This document shows, one piece after another, positions 19,685 to 29,200 of a DNA stretch of 64,000 nt; the first letter of the stretch is position 1, and the number at the start of each line of letters is the position of its first letter. A program made the translations under genes and the position numbers. The DNA is from Ktedonobacterales bacterium (GTDB taxonomy: Bacteria; Chloroflexota; Ktedonobacteria; Ktedonobacterales; JADMIN01). The notes under the pieces are model-generated. The model was given only the letters and a program-made list of their open reading frames with translations. It did not search any database and had not been told where the DNA came from. The stretch lies in assembly GCA_036557205.1 (NCBI GenBank), contig DATBIB010000037.1, positions 1,163 to 65,162 of the forward strand. Direction: 5' to 3'.

Positions 19685-20263
19685 TCACTCTGCCGTCGGA
19701 ACGGTTTCGTCGTCGCGAAAGCGCTCCAGATCGGGCGTGATGCCAAACGCCTCGCTAATCTCTTGGTGATGGCTTGTCTCGTGGCGCAGCAGCAGGCGGA
19801 GCAGCCCACCGACGCTCGGCCCGCGCGACGTGACGACCGACTCATCTTTCTGCGCGTCCAGCGTGCGCGCGTGGGCAAGCTCCGGGAAGCGGCGCTCCTG
19901 CCAGTGTTCGCCGCCGGGACCAATCGCGCTGGCCAGCACGCGGTCCGGGGAGGCCTGGAGCGCGGACATCAGGTCGTCGCGGGTGATGTTGGCGTAGCGG
20001 CGCACGGCGCGAGCGTTGTAGGCGTCCACATCGCGCAGCGCGTCGATCAGCACGGGCGGCAGCGCGCGCAGGCGGCTGATCTCGAAGACGCCGACCGCCC
20101 ACTCGTCCCAGGCGAGGATATGCGCCAGCAGATCGTGCAGCGACCGGTCCCCGGGCAAGAGCGGCTCGCGCCAGCGGTCCTCCTTAATCTGGTCGGCCAG
20201 GGCGAGCGTCGTCAGCCGTTGTTCGCGAAGCGCATGCAGCGTATCATCAGTCTTCAACATCAT
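19685..20263 (-). CDS. DinB-family four-helix-bundle protein (not the DinB polymerase)
   Basis: ORF 19685..20317. Start near 20263/20260, immediately after GGAGG. 'LHDLLAHILAWDEW' and a C-terminal 'HETSHHQEI' His-rich motif, typical of DinB_2-like metal-binding bundles. Confidence 0.5.
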   Translation of the reverse strand: MMLKTDDTLHALREQRLTTLALADQIKEDRWREPLLPGDRSLHDLLAHILAWDEWAVGVFEISRLRALPPVLIDALRDVDAYNARAVRRYANITRDDLMSALQASPDRVLASAIGPGGEHWQERRFPELAHARTLDAQKDESVVTSRGPSVGGLLRLLLRHETSHHQEISEAFGITPDLERFRDDETVPTAE

Positions 20264-20330
20264 CCTCCGCCAAGAAATGCTGAAATCTCTCACGATCCTC
20301 CGAGCACTGAGAAGCATGGGCTACACCAGG

Positions 20331-20969
20331 CTAGAGTTCCCGCCGCCCCTCCAGCGCGCGACTCAGCGTACCCTCGTCCGCGTACTCCAGATCGCCGCCA
20401 ATTGGCAGGCCGCGCGCCAGCCGTGTCACCTTGAGATCAGGTCGCGTGATCAGCGGCGCGATATAGGCGGCGGTATAGTCGCCCTCGTAGTTGGGGTTGG
20501 TCGCCAGAATCACCTCGCTCACTGGCTCATTGTCGTCGCCATTAGCGCTGGCGTTGGCGCCTGTGTTCGCTCGTGTCCGGGCGACCAGCTCGTCGATGCG
20601 CAGGTCGCGCGGGCCAATGCCCTCGATGGGCGAAAGCGCGCCATGCAAGACGTGATACAGCCCCTTGAAGACACCGGTCTTTTCGAGCGCCAGCACGTCC
20701 AGCGGCTCCTCGACGACACAGATGATGTGGCGATCTCGCTGACTATTGGCGCAGATGGGGCAGGGGTCGGTCTCGGTCAGGTTATAGCAAATCGAGCACT
20801 GGATGATGCTCTCTTTGACCTGCGTAATGGCCTCCGCCAGTCGCCGCGCCTGTTCGGCGGGGCTGCGAAGAATGTAGAAGGTGAGCCGTTGCGCCGTCTT
20901 TGGGCCAATGCCAGGAAGCTTGGCCAGCTCTTCGATCAGCGCCGTCACCGAGGCGGACGTTGTTTGCAT
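20331..20969 (-). CDS. recR: Recombination mediator RecR
   Basis: HhH 'LPGIGPKTAQRL', C4 zinc finger 'CSICYNLTETDPCPICAN', Toprim 'ICVVEEPLD'. Carries a ~14-aa Asn/Ala/Gly-rich insertion (TRANTGANASANGDDNE). Confidence 0.95.
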   Translation of the reverse strand: MQTTSASVTALIEELAKLPGIGPKTAQRLTFYILRSPAEQARRLAEAITQVKESIIQCSICYNLTETDPCPICANSQRDRHIICVVEEPLDVLALEKTGVFKGLYHVLHGALSPIEGIGPRDLRIDELVARTRANTGANASANGDDNEPVSEVILATNPNYEGDYTAAYIAPLITRPDLKVTRLARGLPIGGDLEYADEGTLSRALEGRREL

Positions 20970-21012
20970 CGTATGCTCTTCTGCTCGCGGTTCCCCGAAA
21001 AAACGCGCGCCG

Positions 21013-21321
21013 TTAGAAGCTCATGCCCGGTGGCAGTTTCATACCGCCCGTCATCGAGTTCATGATCTTCTGCTGCGCGTCTACCACTTTCTCGAACGCA
21101 TCCTTACAGGCTGCCAGAATCAAATCTTCGAGCATGCCCACATCCTCAGGATCAACCACTTCCTGGCTCAGCTTGAGCGCCGTCACCTCGAAGCGGCCAG
21201 TCATCGTCACCTGGACGGCATCGCCACCGGATGTGCCAACGAACTCGCTGTTTTGCAGGTCTTCCTGCATCTTCATCAGCTTCGCCTGCATCCGCTGAAG
21301 GTCTTTCATATTGAATCCCAT
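21013..21321 (-). CDS. ybaB: Nucleoid-associated protein YbaB/EbfC
   Basis: ORF 21013..21417. Start trimmed to ATG 21321, with AAGGAG 10 nt upstream. 'MKDLQRMQAKLMKMQEDLQ...GGDAVQVTMTG' is typical of the family. Classical ybaB-recR gene order. Confidence 0.9.
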   Translation of the reverse strand: MGFNMKDLQRMQAKLMKMQEDLQNSEFVGTSGGDAVQVTMTGRFEVTALKLSQEVVDPEDVGMLEDLILAACKDAFEKVVDAQQKIMNSMTGGMKLPPGMSF

Positions 21322-21589
21322 TGGTGGGCTCGCTCCTTTTTGTGGGACTTGCTGGCACACCGCCATGCATCGGGTATCAAAGTGGGGAACCAGTGGCGCG
21401 ATCTGGCGCGGTGGCACTCACCAACACCCACGCGCACGAACAGTATGCATTCTATCACTTCTTCCCGATGCTGCCCACGCCGGTAGTGTAGTGGTAGCAG
21501 GGATGCAGGTTGTGGCATAGTAAACACGTCCCAGTCGATGTGATGGCAGGTGGTTGCACCCGCCCGCGCTCTTCGCAAGGAGTTTCATT

Positions 21590-22840
21590 GTGGCCGATAC
21601 CATAGATACGCCAGATGCCGACCTGGCCGCTGCATCACCAGCGCCTGCCGAAACCGTCGAGTCGGTTGAGCCGGTCGAGCCAGCGCGGCTGCCGACAGTG
21701 CTGGTCTATGATCCGGCGATGCTCGATCACCTCGTGCCGGAGGAGTTTCCAGAGACGCCAGAGCGGCTGGAGCGCGGTATCGCCCTGATCGAGGCGCTGA
21801 TCGCCGAGGAGACACTGGCCGCCGAGCGCGTGCTGCGGCTGGACGCGCGCCCCGCTACCATCGATGAGCTGGTCGCGGTGCATACGCCCGCTTACGTCGC
21901 CAAAGTGCAGCTGGCGGTCGAACGACTGCGCGAGCGCGAGGGAGACGCCGCTGGCCCGGTGAAGTTCGCCACCGATGTCTATGTCTCGCCGGGCAGCTAT
22001 CTCGCCGCTACACTGGCCGCGGGCGCTCCGCTGGTGGCGCTGGATGCTCTCGGCGAGGGGCGCGCCCACAACGGCTACGCGCTGGTGCGTCCCCCTGGCC
22101 ACCACGCCCGGCCCGCGCAGGCGATGGGCTTCTGCCTCTTCAACAACGTGGCCGTCGCCGCCCGCTACGCGCAGCAGCGATGGGGCTGGCAGAAGGTGCT
22201 CATCGTGGACTATGACGTGCACCACGGCAACGGCACACAGGAAATGTTCTATGACGATCCCGACGTCGTCTATTTCTCGACCCACCAGTTCCCCTGGTAT
22301 CCCGGCACGGGCGCCTCCACGGAACTGGGTGAGGGCGCGGGCAAAGGCGCGACGATCAATGTGCCGCTGCCACCCGGCTCTGGTTGGAGCGTCTACGATC
22401 CCATCATACGCCAGGTGCTCTGGCCGGTGGCCGACCGCATGAAGCCCGATGTGATCCTGCTCTCGGCGGGATTCGACGCCCACTGGATGGATCCGCTGGG
22501 TGATATGCGCCTCAGCAACGCCGACTTCTCCGATATGACGCTGGAGGTGGCCGAGATAGCCGACCGCTATTGCGAGGGTCGGCTGGTGGTGGTGCAGGAA
22601 GGCGGCTATCACCTGGACGCCGTGACACAGTGCATGGCGACGACGCTGGTGGCGCTGACCGGCAGCGACGGCATCCTCGATTCGCTGGGGCTGGCCCCGC
22701 CGCTGACTTCACGCTGGAACGACGAGGCCATCGTCAGCGCGCTCTATCAGCTGCACGATCTAGCGGGCTACCGACGCAAGCCGCGCCGCCAGGGCAAGCG
22801 CGTCACGCCGGAGCAGAAGCCGCCCACGACGGGAGAATAG
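21590..22840 (+). CDS. Histone deacetylase-family (class II HDAC / acetoin-utilisation AcuC-like) deacetylase
   Basis: ORF 21554..22840. GTG 21590 preferred, with AGGAG 7 nt upstream. 'RPPGHHA', 'DYDVHHGNGTQ', 'SAGFDAH', 'EGGY' catalytic/zinc motifs. Confidence 0.85.
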   Translation: MADTIDTPDADLAAASPAPAETVESVEPVEPARLPTVLVYDPAMLDHLVPEEFPETPERLERGIALIEALIAEETLAAERVLRLDARPATIDELVAVHTPAYVAKVQLAVERLREREGDAAGPVKFATDVYVSPGSYLAATLAAGAPLVALDALGEGRAHNGYALVRPPGHHARPAQAMGFCLFNNVAVAARYAQQRWGWQKVLIVDYDVHHGNGTQEMFYDDPDVVYFSTHQFPWYPGTGASTELGEGAGKGATINVPLPPGSGWSVYDPIIRQVLWPVADRMKPDVILLSAGFDAHWMDPLGDMRLSNADFSDMTLEVAEIADRYCEGRLVVVQEGGYHLDAVTQCMATTLVALTGSDGILDSLGLAPPLTSRWNDEAIVSALYQLHDLAGYRRKPRRQGKRVTPEQKPPTTGE

Positions 22841-22846
22841 CAGGCG

Positions 22847-24550
22847 CTACCCTGCCACGGTGGTAAGCAGCTGAATCACCGGCTTGCCATCGCTCAACTG
22901 AAGCCACGGCGTCAGGTTTCCGGCGAGCTGCGAGTCGGTCAGGCTGATGACCCCACCACGCAGCGCAAACGTCCGCGCGCCCTGCTGGTCGGAACCGTTG
23001 GGCAGGACCATACCAGCGTTGGTTGAGGTGCTGTGATGCACATCGAGGGCCATGCCGCGCACATCCACGATCCAGACATCATGGCCAGTAATCTCGCCGT
23101 CCACGCTGGTGGCGTCCTGCGTGATGTAGAGCTGCCTGCCATCGGCTGAGAGCGTCAGAGACATCGAGCCAGTGAACCGCGTGCCCGGCAGCGAAATTGG
23201 CCCGCCCAACGGTACCTCACCCACAAGCGTCGGCCCCTGATCGCTGGCGTCCAGAATGTAGCACTGGGCGTCGGGGCTGCCATTGACAAGGTACAACTGT
23301 GGCGTGTCGGCGCTGTTACCGATGAGCAGCCGCGCCAGCGAGAAATCGCCCGGAAGCGCAAGCTCCTGGCTCAGCGCGCCGTTGGTCCCGCTAAAGCGTC
23401 GGATCAAGACGTAATGCTGCTGATCGGGGCCGGTCAGCGCGAGCGCGTCGAAGAGCCACTGGCCGTCCGGCGAGAGCGCCAGCGCGCCATCCAGACCCGT
23501 CGCCACCGTCATCTTGCTGATGTCGAGGTAGGGAATGGCTGATGGGAACGCCGAGACCGGCAGACTGCCGGGCGGCGGCGGCAGTGGGACAGATGTCGTA
23601 TATCCCGGGTTCAAGGAGCCACTTATCGCGCCAGTAGCCAGGTCCACCACCAGGATATCTGGGGCATCGCTCCGTGAGTCGGGTTTGTCCAGGCCGATGT
23701 ATGCCACCGGTTGATTAAACGCCATCACCAGCGAGGCTCCGCTGATTCCGCTGGGCAGCGCGCGTCCGTCTGGCAGCGTCAGCGGAGTAATCGCGCTGAT
23801 GTCGCCGGTCGTCGCATCGAAGATGACCAGCGCCTGGCTGCCATTCTTCCCCGGCGCGGTCAGCTCCGCAACCATCCCCCGGCTCACCTGTACCGCAACA
23901 GGCAGCTGGCCCGGCTGGGCGACATGCAGCGTCCCTCCTGAGGCTGGCAGCGAATGGCGCACGTCGCCAGTGTGTTCATCGACCGCGATGATTTCAGCCA
24001 CCTGCCACGTTCTGCCGCTGTGGTCGGTGATGGGGATGAGCTTGCTGGTCTCGGCGTAGAGAATGCCACTGGGCGCCGCCGAGGGCACGTGCGTCAGCCC
24101 GTTCTGTGAGCGTGTGGTGACGCCAGCGACCGCCGGAAACAGGAAAGCGACCGCCAGAAAGACACAGATGACAGCAAGCCCCAGGAGGCCTGTCAGCACG
24201 ATGGTGCCGCCGCGCCCCAGCCGCGCCGTCATCCGCGCCATCTCATGCAGCGCCCGCCGCGAACGCAGGTGAACGCGCACGCTATCGCGCAGGTCTGTCA
24301 TATAGGGCACCGGCTCTGAGCCAAGGGAGGAAAGCAGCTCGTACGGAGAGCGCAACGCCCGCGAGCGCGCACTGCACGTCTCGCAGAAGACCAGATGCTC
24401 GCGCACATGCCTGGCGATATCGGGCGGTAGCTCACCGGCAAACTCGGCGACGAGCATCTCGGGATCGAGCGGGCACTGAATGGTCTGCGTATGCATGCGC
24501 CGCGTCGTCACCCGTGCGATACGCACCGGTGGCGTCATCATCTCCGCCAT
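22847..24550 (-). CDS. Anti-sigma factor: N-terminal zf-HC2 domain, one TM helix, large extracytoplasmic beta-propeller-like domain
   Basis: AAGGAG upstream of ATG 24550. 'HVREHLVFCETCSARSRAL' (H-x3-C-x2-C). TM 'IVLTGLLGLAVICVFLAVAFLF'. About 400 aa of repetitive beta-rich sequence follows. Confidence 0.7.
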   Translation of the reverse strand: MAEMMTPPVRIARVTTRRMHTQTIQCPLDPEMLVAEFAGELPPDIARHVREHLVFCETCSARSRALRSPYELLSSLGSEPVPYMTDLRDSVRVHLRSRRALHEMARMTARLGRGGTIVLTGLLGLAVICVFLAVAFLFPAVAGVTTRSQNGLTHVPSAAPSGILYAETSKLIPITDHSGRTWQVAEIIAVDEHTGDVRHSLPASGGTLHVAQPGQLPVAVQVSRGMVAELTAPGKNGSQALVIFDATTGDISAITPLTLPDGRALPSGISGASLVMAFNQPVAYIGLDKPDSRSDAPDILVVDLATGAISGSLNPGYTTSVPLPPPPGSLPVSAFPSAIPYLDISKMTVATGLDGALALSPDGQWLFDALALTGPDQQHYVLIRRFSGTNGALSQELALPGDFSLARLLIGNSADTPQLYLVNGSPDAQCYILDASDQGPTLVGEVPLGGPISLPGTRFTGSMSLTLSADGRQLYITQDATSVDGEITGHDVWIVDVRGMALDVHHSTSTNAGMVLPNGSDQQGARTFALRGGVISLTDSQLAGNLTPWLQLSDGKPVIQLLTTVAG

Positions 24551-24863
24551 CCCAGGCTCCTTGGTATGAAATAGGCGCTCTATCCATGAACAGACAGACG
24601 AAGTTGCCCGTCCGCGAAGAGCGAGCGCGAGAAATACCTCACCTATAATACCGGGTCTGTATACCCATGTCGCCGCGCGTCTTGACGTGGCTGGTCACGG
24701 CGCGAAGCCCAAAAAAACACAGCCTCTTCCCTGAGTGATGTCTTTTTAATGACCGCCAGCATGGGGGAGAGGTTCCGCTATATATAGAAACGCAGACGGC
24801 GGCAAAAAACCACGCTCTTGGGCGGCATTCGCCAGAATTCGCCAGCATCCTACACATGGACGC

Positions 24864-26186
24864 TCAGGGAGTCTGTGGCGTCGGCGGTGTCAGCACGGGG
24901 ACGCTCTGCGGCGTTTGTGCCGCAACGGAGGCGCCACCCGCGACGTCAACATCGTCGGTCGCTGAGTTGATCCCGGCGGAGAGAATCGGCACCATGGTCG
25001 GCTGGTCTACCCAGTCGCCTTGGGGCAGCTCGTCGTTTACTATCGCTGGCAGCGCGTCCACGATCACCGCTGATGGCGGAGGTGACGGTGGTGAGCTTGC
25101 GGGCGCTTCCATCATGGGCGACTCCGCCAGATCATACGCGCCGCTAAACGCCGCCTCGCGCTCTGTCTCGCTGGCCGAATACGTCTCATCGGCCATTGGC
25201 GCCATCGGCACTGGATAGTCCTGGTCGGTCGTGTTCAAGACATCCATCGACTCCATCAGGTCAGCCAGCGGCGCGGGCAGACTCTGGCCGTCGTCGGCGT
25301 AGGCAATCTCGGCGGGGACACCCAGGCTCGTGATGGCGGCGTCGTAGCGGTGGGCGAACATTTGCAGTCCCTGCACGATGCGATGGCGGGCGGCGCTGGG
25401 CCGAATCCCCAGGGCCATTGCCACCTCCGTCTGATTCAGGCCTGCCACCAGATGGAGCGCCAGACACTGCGCGTCACCATACGGCAGCTCCGCGAGGACG
25501 GCGCGTATCAGACGGTGGCGCAACTCCTCGCGCGGGGTCATCGTGTCGATTTCGAGGTCAACCGCCTCAGCCGCCGCTTTGGCTGCTCCCGTAGCCCCAT
25601 TCGCGCCATGTGTACCGCTCGTCGGCGCGTGAGGCTTCTCGTCGGGCGCCGCTGGCTCTCCGCTGTTCCAGATTAGCTGGCGCACCTGACGCCGCGTAGA
25701 GCCGGTAATTTCGGCGATTTTGTCCAGTCCGGCGCGCAATCGGTCCGAGGCAGTGCCAGGGAGGCCATCCATCAGCAGGCCGCGTGGGCCTGGAGGAGCA
25801 TTGAGACGTGACTGACGAGCGCGTTTGGGGTGGCGTAGGGCGTCCAGGCCCGTCTCGGTGGCGGCGCGTAACAGCCAGAGGCGCAAATGCTCCCCGCCAT
25901 GCGGGCCACGCACGCGCCGCTCCATCCGCACAAAGATGTGCTGGGCCATCATATGCGATTGAGCGGTGTCTCCGGTCAGTCGGGCCAGGTAGCGCACGAC
26001 CGGGGGCTGATAGCGCGCGATTAACGCGGCCAGCGCCCATTCTGCGCCCGCCCGCGCCTGAGCAGCCAGGCGCAATTCACGTTCCTCCTCGGCGTCCATC
26101 CGAGGTGTGGGGAAGGGTGACATATCCTGCCAGACCATGCGCATCTGCCTTCCTGATTGCGCCGGGCCACCTGCCGCGCGACTCAT
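24864..26186 (-). CDS. Sigma-70-family (ECF-like) sigma factor with long inter-region insertion and acidic C-terminal extension
   Basis: Region-2-like 'YQPPVVRYLARLTGDTAQSHMMAQHIFVRM'. Region-4 HTH 'LPYGDAQCLALHLVAGLNQTEVAMALGIRPSAARHRIVQG'. About 150 aa of D/E/P-rich tail. Confidence 0.7.
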   Translation of the reverse strand: MSRAAGGPAQSGRQMRMVWQDMSPFPTPRMDAEEERELRLAAQARAGAEWALAALIARYQPPVVRYLARLTGDTAQSHMMAQHIFVRMERRVRGPHGGEHLRLWLLRAATETGLDALRHPKRARQSRLNAPPGPRGLLMDGLPGTASDRLRAGLDKIAEITGSTRRQVRQLIWNSGEPAAPDEKPHAPTSGTHGANGATGAAKAAAEAVDLEIDTMTPREELRHRLIRAVLAELPYGDAQCLALHLVAGLNQTEVAMALGIRPSAARHRIVQGLQMFAHRYDAAITSLGVPAEIAYADDGQSLPAPLADLMESMDVLNTTDQDYPVPMAPMADETYSASETEREAAFSGAYDLAESPMMEAPASSPPSPPPSAVIVDALPAIVNDELPQGDWVDQPTMVPILSAGINSATDDVDVAGGASVAAQTPQSVPVLTPPTPQTP

Positions 26187-26502
26187 GAAACTCTAGATAG
26201 CGTGTCTGGCGCGCGATACCTATCAGCCAGCGCACACCATCCCGCACCTAGTACATGACGATTTGGCCCTGCGCCTCGCAACGGGCCGCTCCGAAACAGA
26301 TGGACCATTATGAGGCAATTGTCAGACGCGCCCTCATCATATCAGCGTGTCTGGCGACCTGCCAATAAACAATTGTCGCGTTTGGAGCTATCTCGATTGT
26401 CCCATAGCTGAGCCTGGGCGTCTATCAGTGAGATTGCTGAGGAGGTGTGGCAGATGCGTGGCGGCGCTGCGGTCCTGACCGCGCACGCATCGGGCCGGGG
26501 TA

Positions 26503-27810
26503 CTAGGCGTCGCGATTGCCCGGATTCATGGTGAGCATCGGCAGCGGCTTGCCTGGCGTTGCGGGCGCAACAGACGAGGCAGGCTCGACCTGATTGTGGA
26601 TACCAGTCTTGCGGGTGCGGCCTCCGCTGACGGGGCCGAGCGCCTCATCGCCGGGATAGACCAGCTTCGCCTCGTGTTCTGGCAGCATGCTCGCCACTTC
26701 CTTGAGCACCTCGGCCAAAAACTGGTCTTCAGGCACCGTGCGCACGAACTGACCTTTGCGATAAATGGCGCCCTTGCCGCGCCCACCGGAGAGGCCCACA
26801 TCGGCGTCGCGCGACTCGCCTGGGCCATTGACAAGGCAGCCCATCACAGCCACCTGAATCGGCGTCTGCACCTTGGCCAGCCGCTTCTCGACCTCATTGG
26901 CGATCTTCAGCACATCGATCTCGACCCGCCCGCACGATGGGCACGAGACGAACGTGACCCCACGCGACCGCAACTCCAGCGAGCGTAGAATCTCGTAGGC
27001 GACCGGAATCTCTTCCTCCGGCTCGGCCGTCAGCGAGACGCGAATGGTATCGCCGATGCCGTCGGCCAGCAGCAGCGCGAAGCCGATGGACGACTTGACC
27101 GCGCCCGTGACCAGCGTACCAGCCTCGGTGATGCCCAGATGCAGCGGCACATCGCAGGCGTCGGCGAATCTGCGGTACGCCTCGACAGCGGTCAGCACGT
27201 TCGAGCTTTTCAGTGAGACTTTGTAGTTGGTATAGCCCAGATCGTCGGCCATGCTGCAGTATTCGAGCGCCTTGGCCACCATCCGGCCGACCAGCTCCTC
27301 GCGCTCTTTGCGCCGCTCTTCCGCCGGGTCACTCTGGACAAAGGTGCCGTCGTCGAGCAGCCTCACGTTGACCTTGCGCATCTGTTGCTCACGATCCAGC
27401 GCGTCTATCGAGCCGGAGTTGACGCCGATGCGCATGGCGATGCCCGCCTCCTTCGCCGCCTTGACGATGGCGACGAACGACTCGTGGCCGTGGAGCAGAT
27501 TGCCAGGATTGATGCGCACGCCATCCACACCCTGCTCGATGGCCAGCAGCGCCAGCTTCGGGTCGTAGTGAATATCGGCGATCAGCGGGATGTGGATGCG
27601 CTTCTTGATCGCGCCCAGCGCCAGCGCGTCGGCCTCCTCGGGCACGGCAACCCGCACTAGCTCGCAGCCAACCTCTTCGAGTCGGATGATCTGCGCCACC
27701 GAGGATTCTACGTCGCGGGTATACATGGTGGTCATTGATTGTACGGCAATCGGCGCGTCACCACCGATCAAGACATTTCCTACCGCGATTTGTCGCGTTT
27801 TCCGTCGCAT
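26503..27810 (-). CDS. ispG: 4-hydroxy-3-methylbut-2-en-1-yl diphosphate synthase IspG (GcpE)
   Basis: ORF 26503..27834. Start taken at ATG 27810 (MRRKTRQIAVGNVLIGGDAPIAVQSMT). [4Fe-4S] ligand motifs 'VSCPSCGR' and 'MGCLVNGPGE'. Confidence 0.95.
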   Translation of the reverse strand: MRRKTRQIAVGNVLIGGDAPIAVQSMTTMYTRDVESSVAQIIRLEEVGCELVRVAVPEEADALALGAIKKRIHIPLIADIHYDPKLALLAIEQGVDGVRINPGNLLHGHESFVAIVKAAKEAGIAMRIGVNSGSIDALDREQQMRKVNVRLLDDGTFVQSDPAEERRKEREELVGRMVAKALEYCSMADDLGYTNYKVSLKSSNVLTAVEAYRRFADACDVPLHLGITEAGTLVTGAVKSSIGFALLLADGIGDTIRVSLTAEPEEEIPVAYEILRSLELRSRGVTFVSCPSCGRVEIDVLKIANEVEKRLAKVQTPIQVAVMGCLVNGPGESRDADVGLSGGRGKGAIYRKGQFVRTVPEDQFLAEVLKEVASMLPEHEAKLVYPGDEALGPVSGGRTRKTGIHNQVEPASSVAPATPGKPLPMLTMNPGNRDA

Positions 27811-28015
27811 GCGATTCTCCCAGATGAAGCTCAACTATGAGTGCCTGAATGTTTGGATTTCACTAAATATTCTACTGCGCCAGTCGTCGGCGTGTGTTCC
27901 TGTTGGGGCGGCGTTGCCCGCCACATTCTATTTTACCCCGCGAGGGCGCTTCACTGCCCGCACTCAGGTGCGATACGCGACGTGCCCGGATTCTTTCGGC
28001 ATTCGTTGGGGGAGA

Positions 28016-29113
28016 TCAACGGTGGAAGAGATTGCCGACGTCGTTGATCGTCACCAGCAGCATCAGGAAAAGCAGCGCTCCCATGCCAATCAGGTTGACC
28101 AGTCCCTCGCGCTCCGGGCTGATGCGCTTGCCACGCCGCAGCACCTCGATGCCGATGAAGAGCACGCGCCCGCCGTCGAGCGCCGGAATCGGCAGCAGAT
28201 TGACGATAGCCAGGCTGATGCTGAGGGCGCCGACCAGATAGAACATCAGGTACCAGCCGATAACAGGCACCGTGCTGGCCACCTCGCCGGTCGTGCTCAC
28301 GATGCCCACCGGCCCCATCACCGCCTGACTGACCGCCAGTTTGCCAGCGATGACCTGGGAAATCCCGCTGACGGTGCCGCCGATGACATCGCCGATATCC
28401 TGAACGCCCTTGATTGGCGCCTGCCAGAGTGGCACGCGGGTGACATAAGTCTGCGACTGGTCGCTGGTGATGCCGAGATGGCCCTGGCCCTCCCCTGGAT
28501 TGACCAGGGCATTGACCGTCAGCGTAACGGGTGCGCTGGACCCAGCGTGCCGGACAACCATGACAATCGGAACGGTCTTGGCGTCCGCCGGGGCGGCATC
28601 GGTGGCGACTCCTACCTGAGTCACGAGATCAGAGAAGGAGCGAGTTGTATGGCCATTGATTGAGAGAATAGTGTCGTGGGGTTGTATACCTGCCTCAGCA
28701 GCCGGTGACCCCTTCAGGACGGTGCCAGCCGCCGACACGAAGTTGACCTGGCCGACGACCTCAGCGGCAGTGAAGCAGAAGACGGCGAGCAGGATATTCA
28801 TCGTGATGCCCGCCAGCAGCACGATGGCGCGCTTGCCGGGCGATTTCGCGGCGAAGGTGCGGTCGTCATAGTTGCCATTCTCGTCGGTCGTCTCGCCGTT
28901 TTCGCCGGGCATACGGACGTAGCCCCCGATGGGCAGCGCGTTCAGCGAATAGGTCGTCTCACCGCGCTTCACGCTCAAGATTCGCGGCGGAAAGCCGAGC
29001 GCGAATTCGTCCACGCGGATGCCAGCCCACTTGGCGGTGATGAAATGCCCAAACTCGTGGACCAGGATCAACACGCCGAACACCGGTATCGCCGCCAACA
29101 GGTACCAACTCAT
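28016..29113 (-). CDS. rseP: Site-2 (M50) RIP metalloprotease RseP with PDZ domain
   Basis: 'HEFGH' zinc motif in TM1, 'NLLPIPALDGG' motif, central PDZ-like segment. Conserved dxr-rseP-ispG gene order. Confidence 0.92.
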   Translation of the reverse strand: MSWYLLAAIPVFGVLILVHEFGHFITAKWAGIRVDEFALGFPPRILSVKRGETTYSLNALPIGGYVRMPGENGETTDENGNYDDRTFAAKSPGKRAIVLLAGITMNILLAVFCFTAAEVVGQVNFVSAAGTVLKGSPAAEAGIQPHDTILSINGHTTRSFSDLVTQVGVATDAAPADAKTVPIVMVVRHAGSSAPVTLTVNALVNPGEGQGHLGITSDQSQTYVTRVPLWQAPIKGVQDIGDVIGGTVSGISQVIAGKLAVSQAVMGPVGIVSTTGEVASTVPVIGWYLMFYLVGALSISLAIVNLLPIPALDGGRVLFIGIEVLRRGKRISPEREGLVNLIGMGALLFLMLLVTINDVGNLFHR

Positions 29114-29200
29114 CTATTCGCTCCCCCCGCCATGTGCCCGATCTCGGATATATATGCAAGTCCATAATCCTCGGCCATTTATGGCCGAGACGAAACGCCC

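Noticed and set aside
21322-21589. An SRP (4.5S/scRNA) gene upstream of ybaB, as in the Bacillus scr-dnaX-ybaB-recR arrangement.
   Set aside because: No domain IV consensus (GGAAG...AGCA symmetric/asymmetric loop context) could be found on either strand. The region looks like a divergent promoter spacer.
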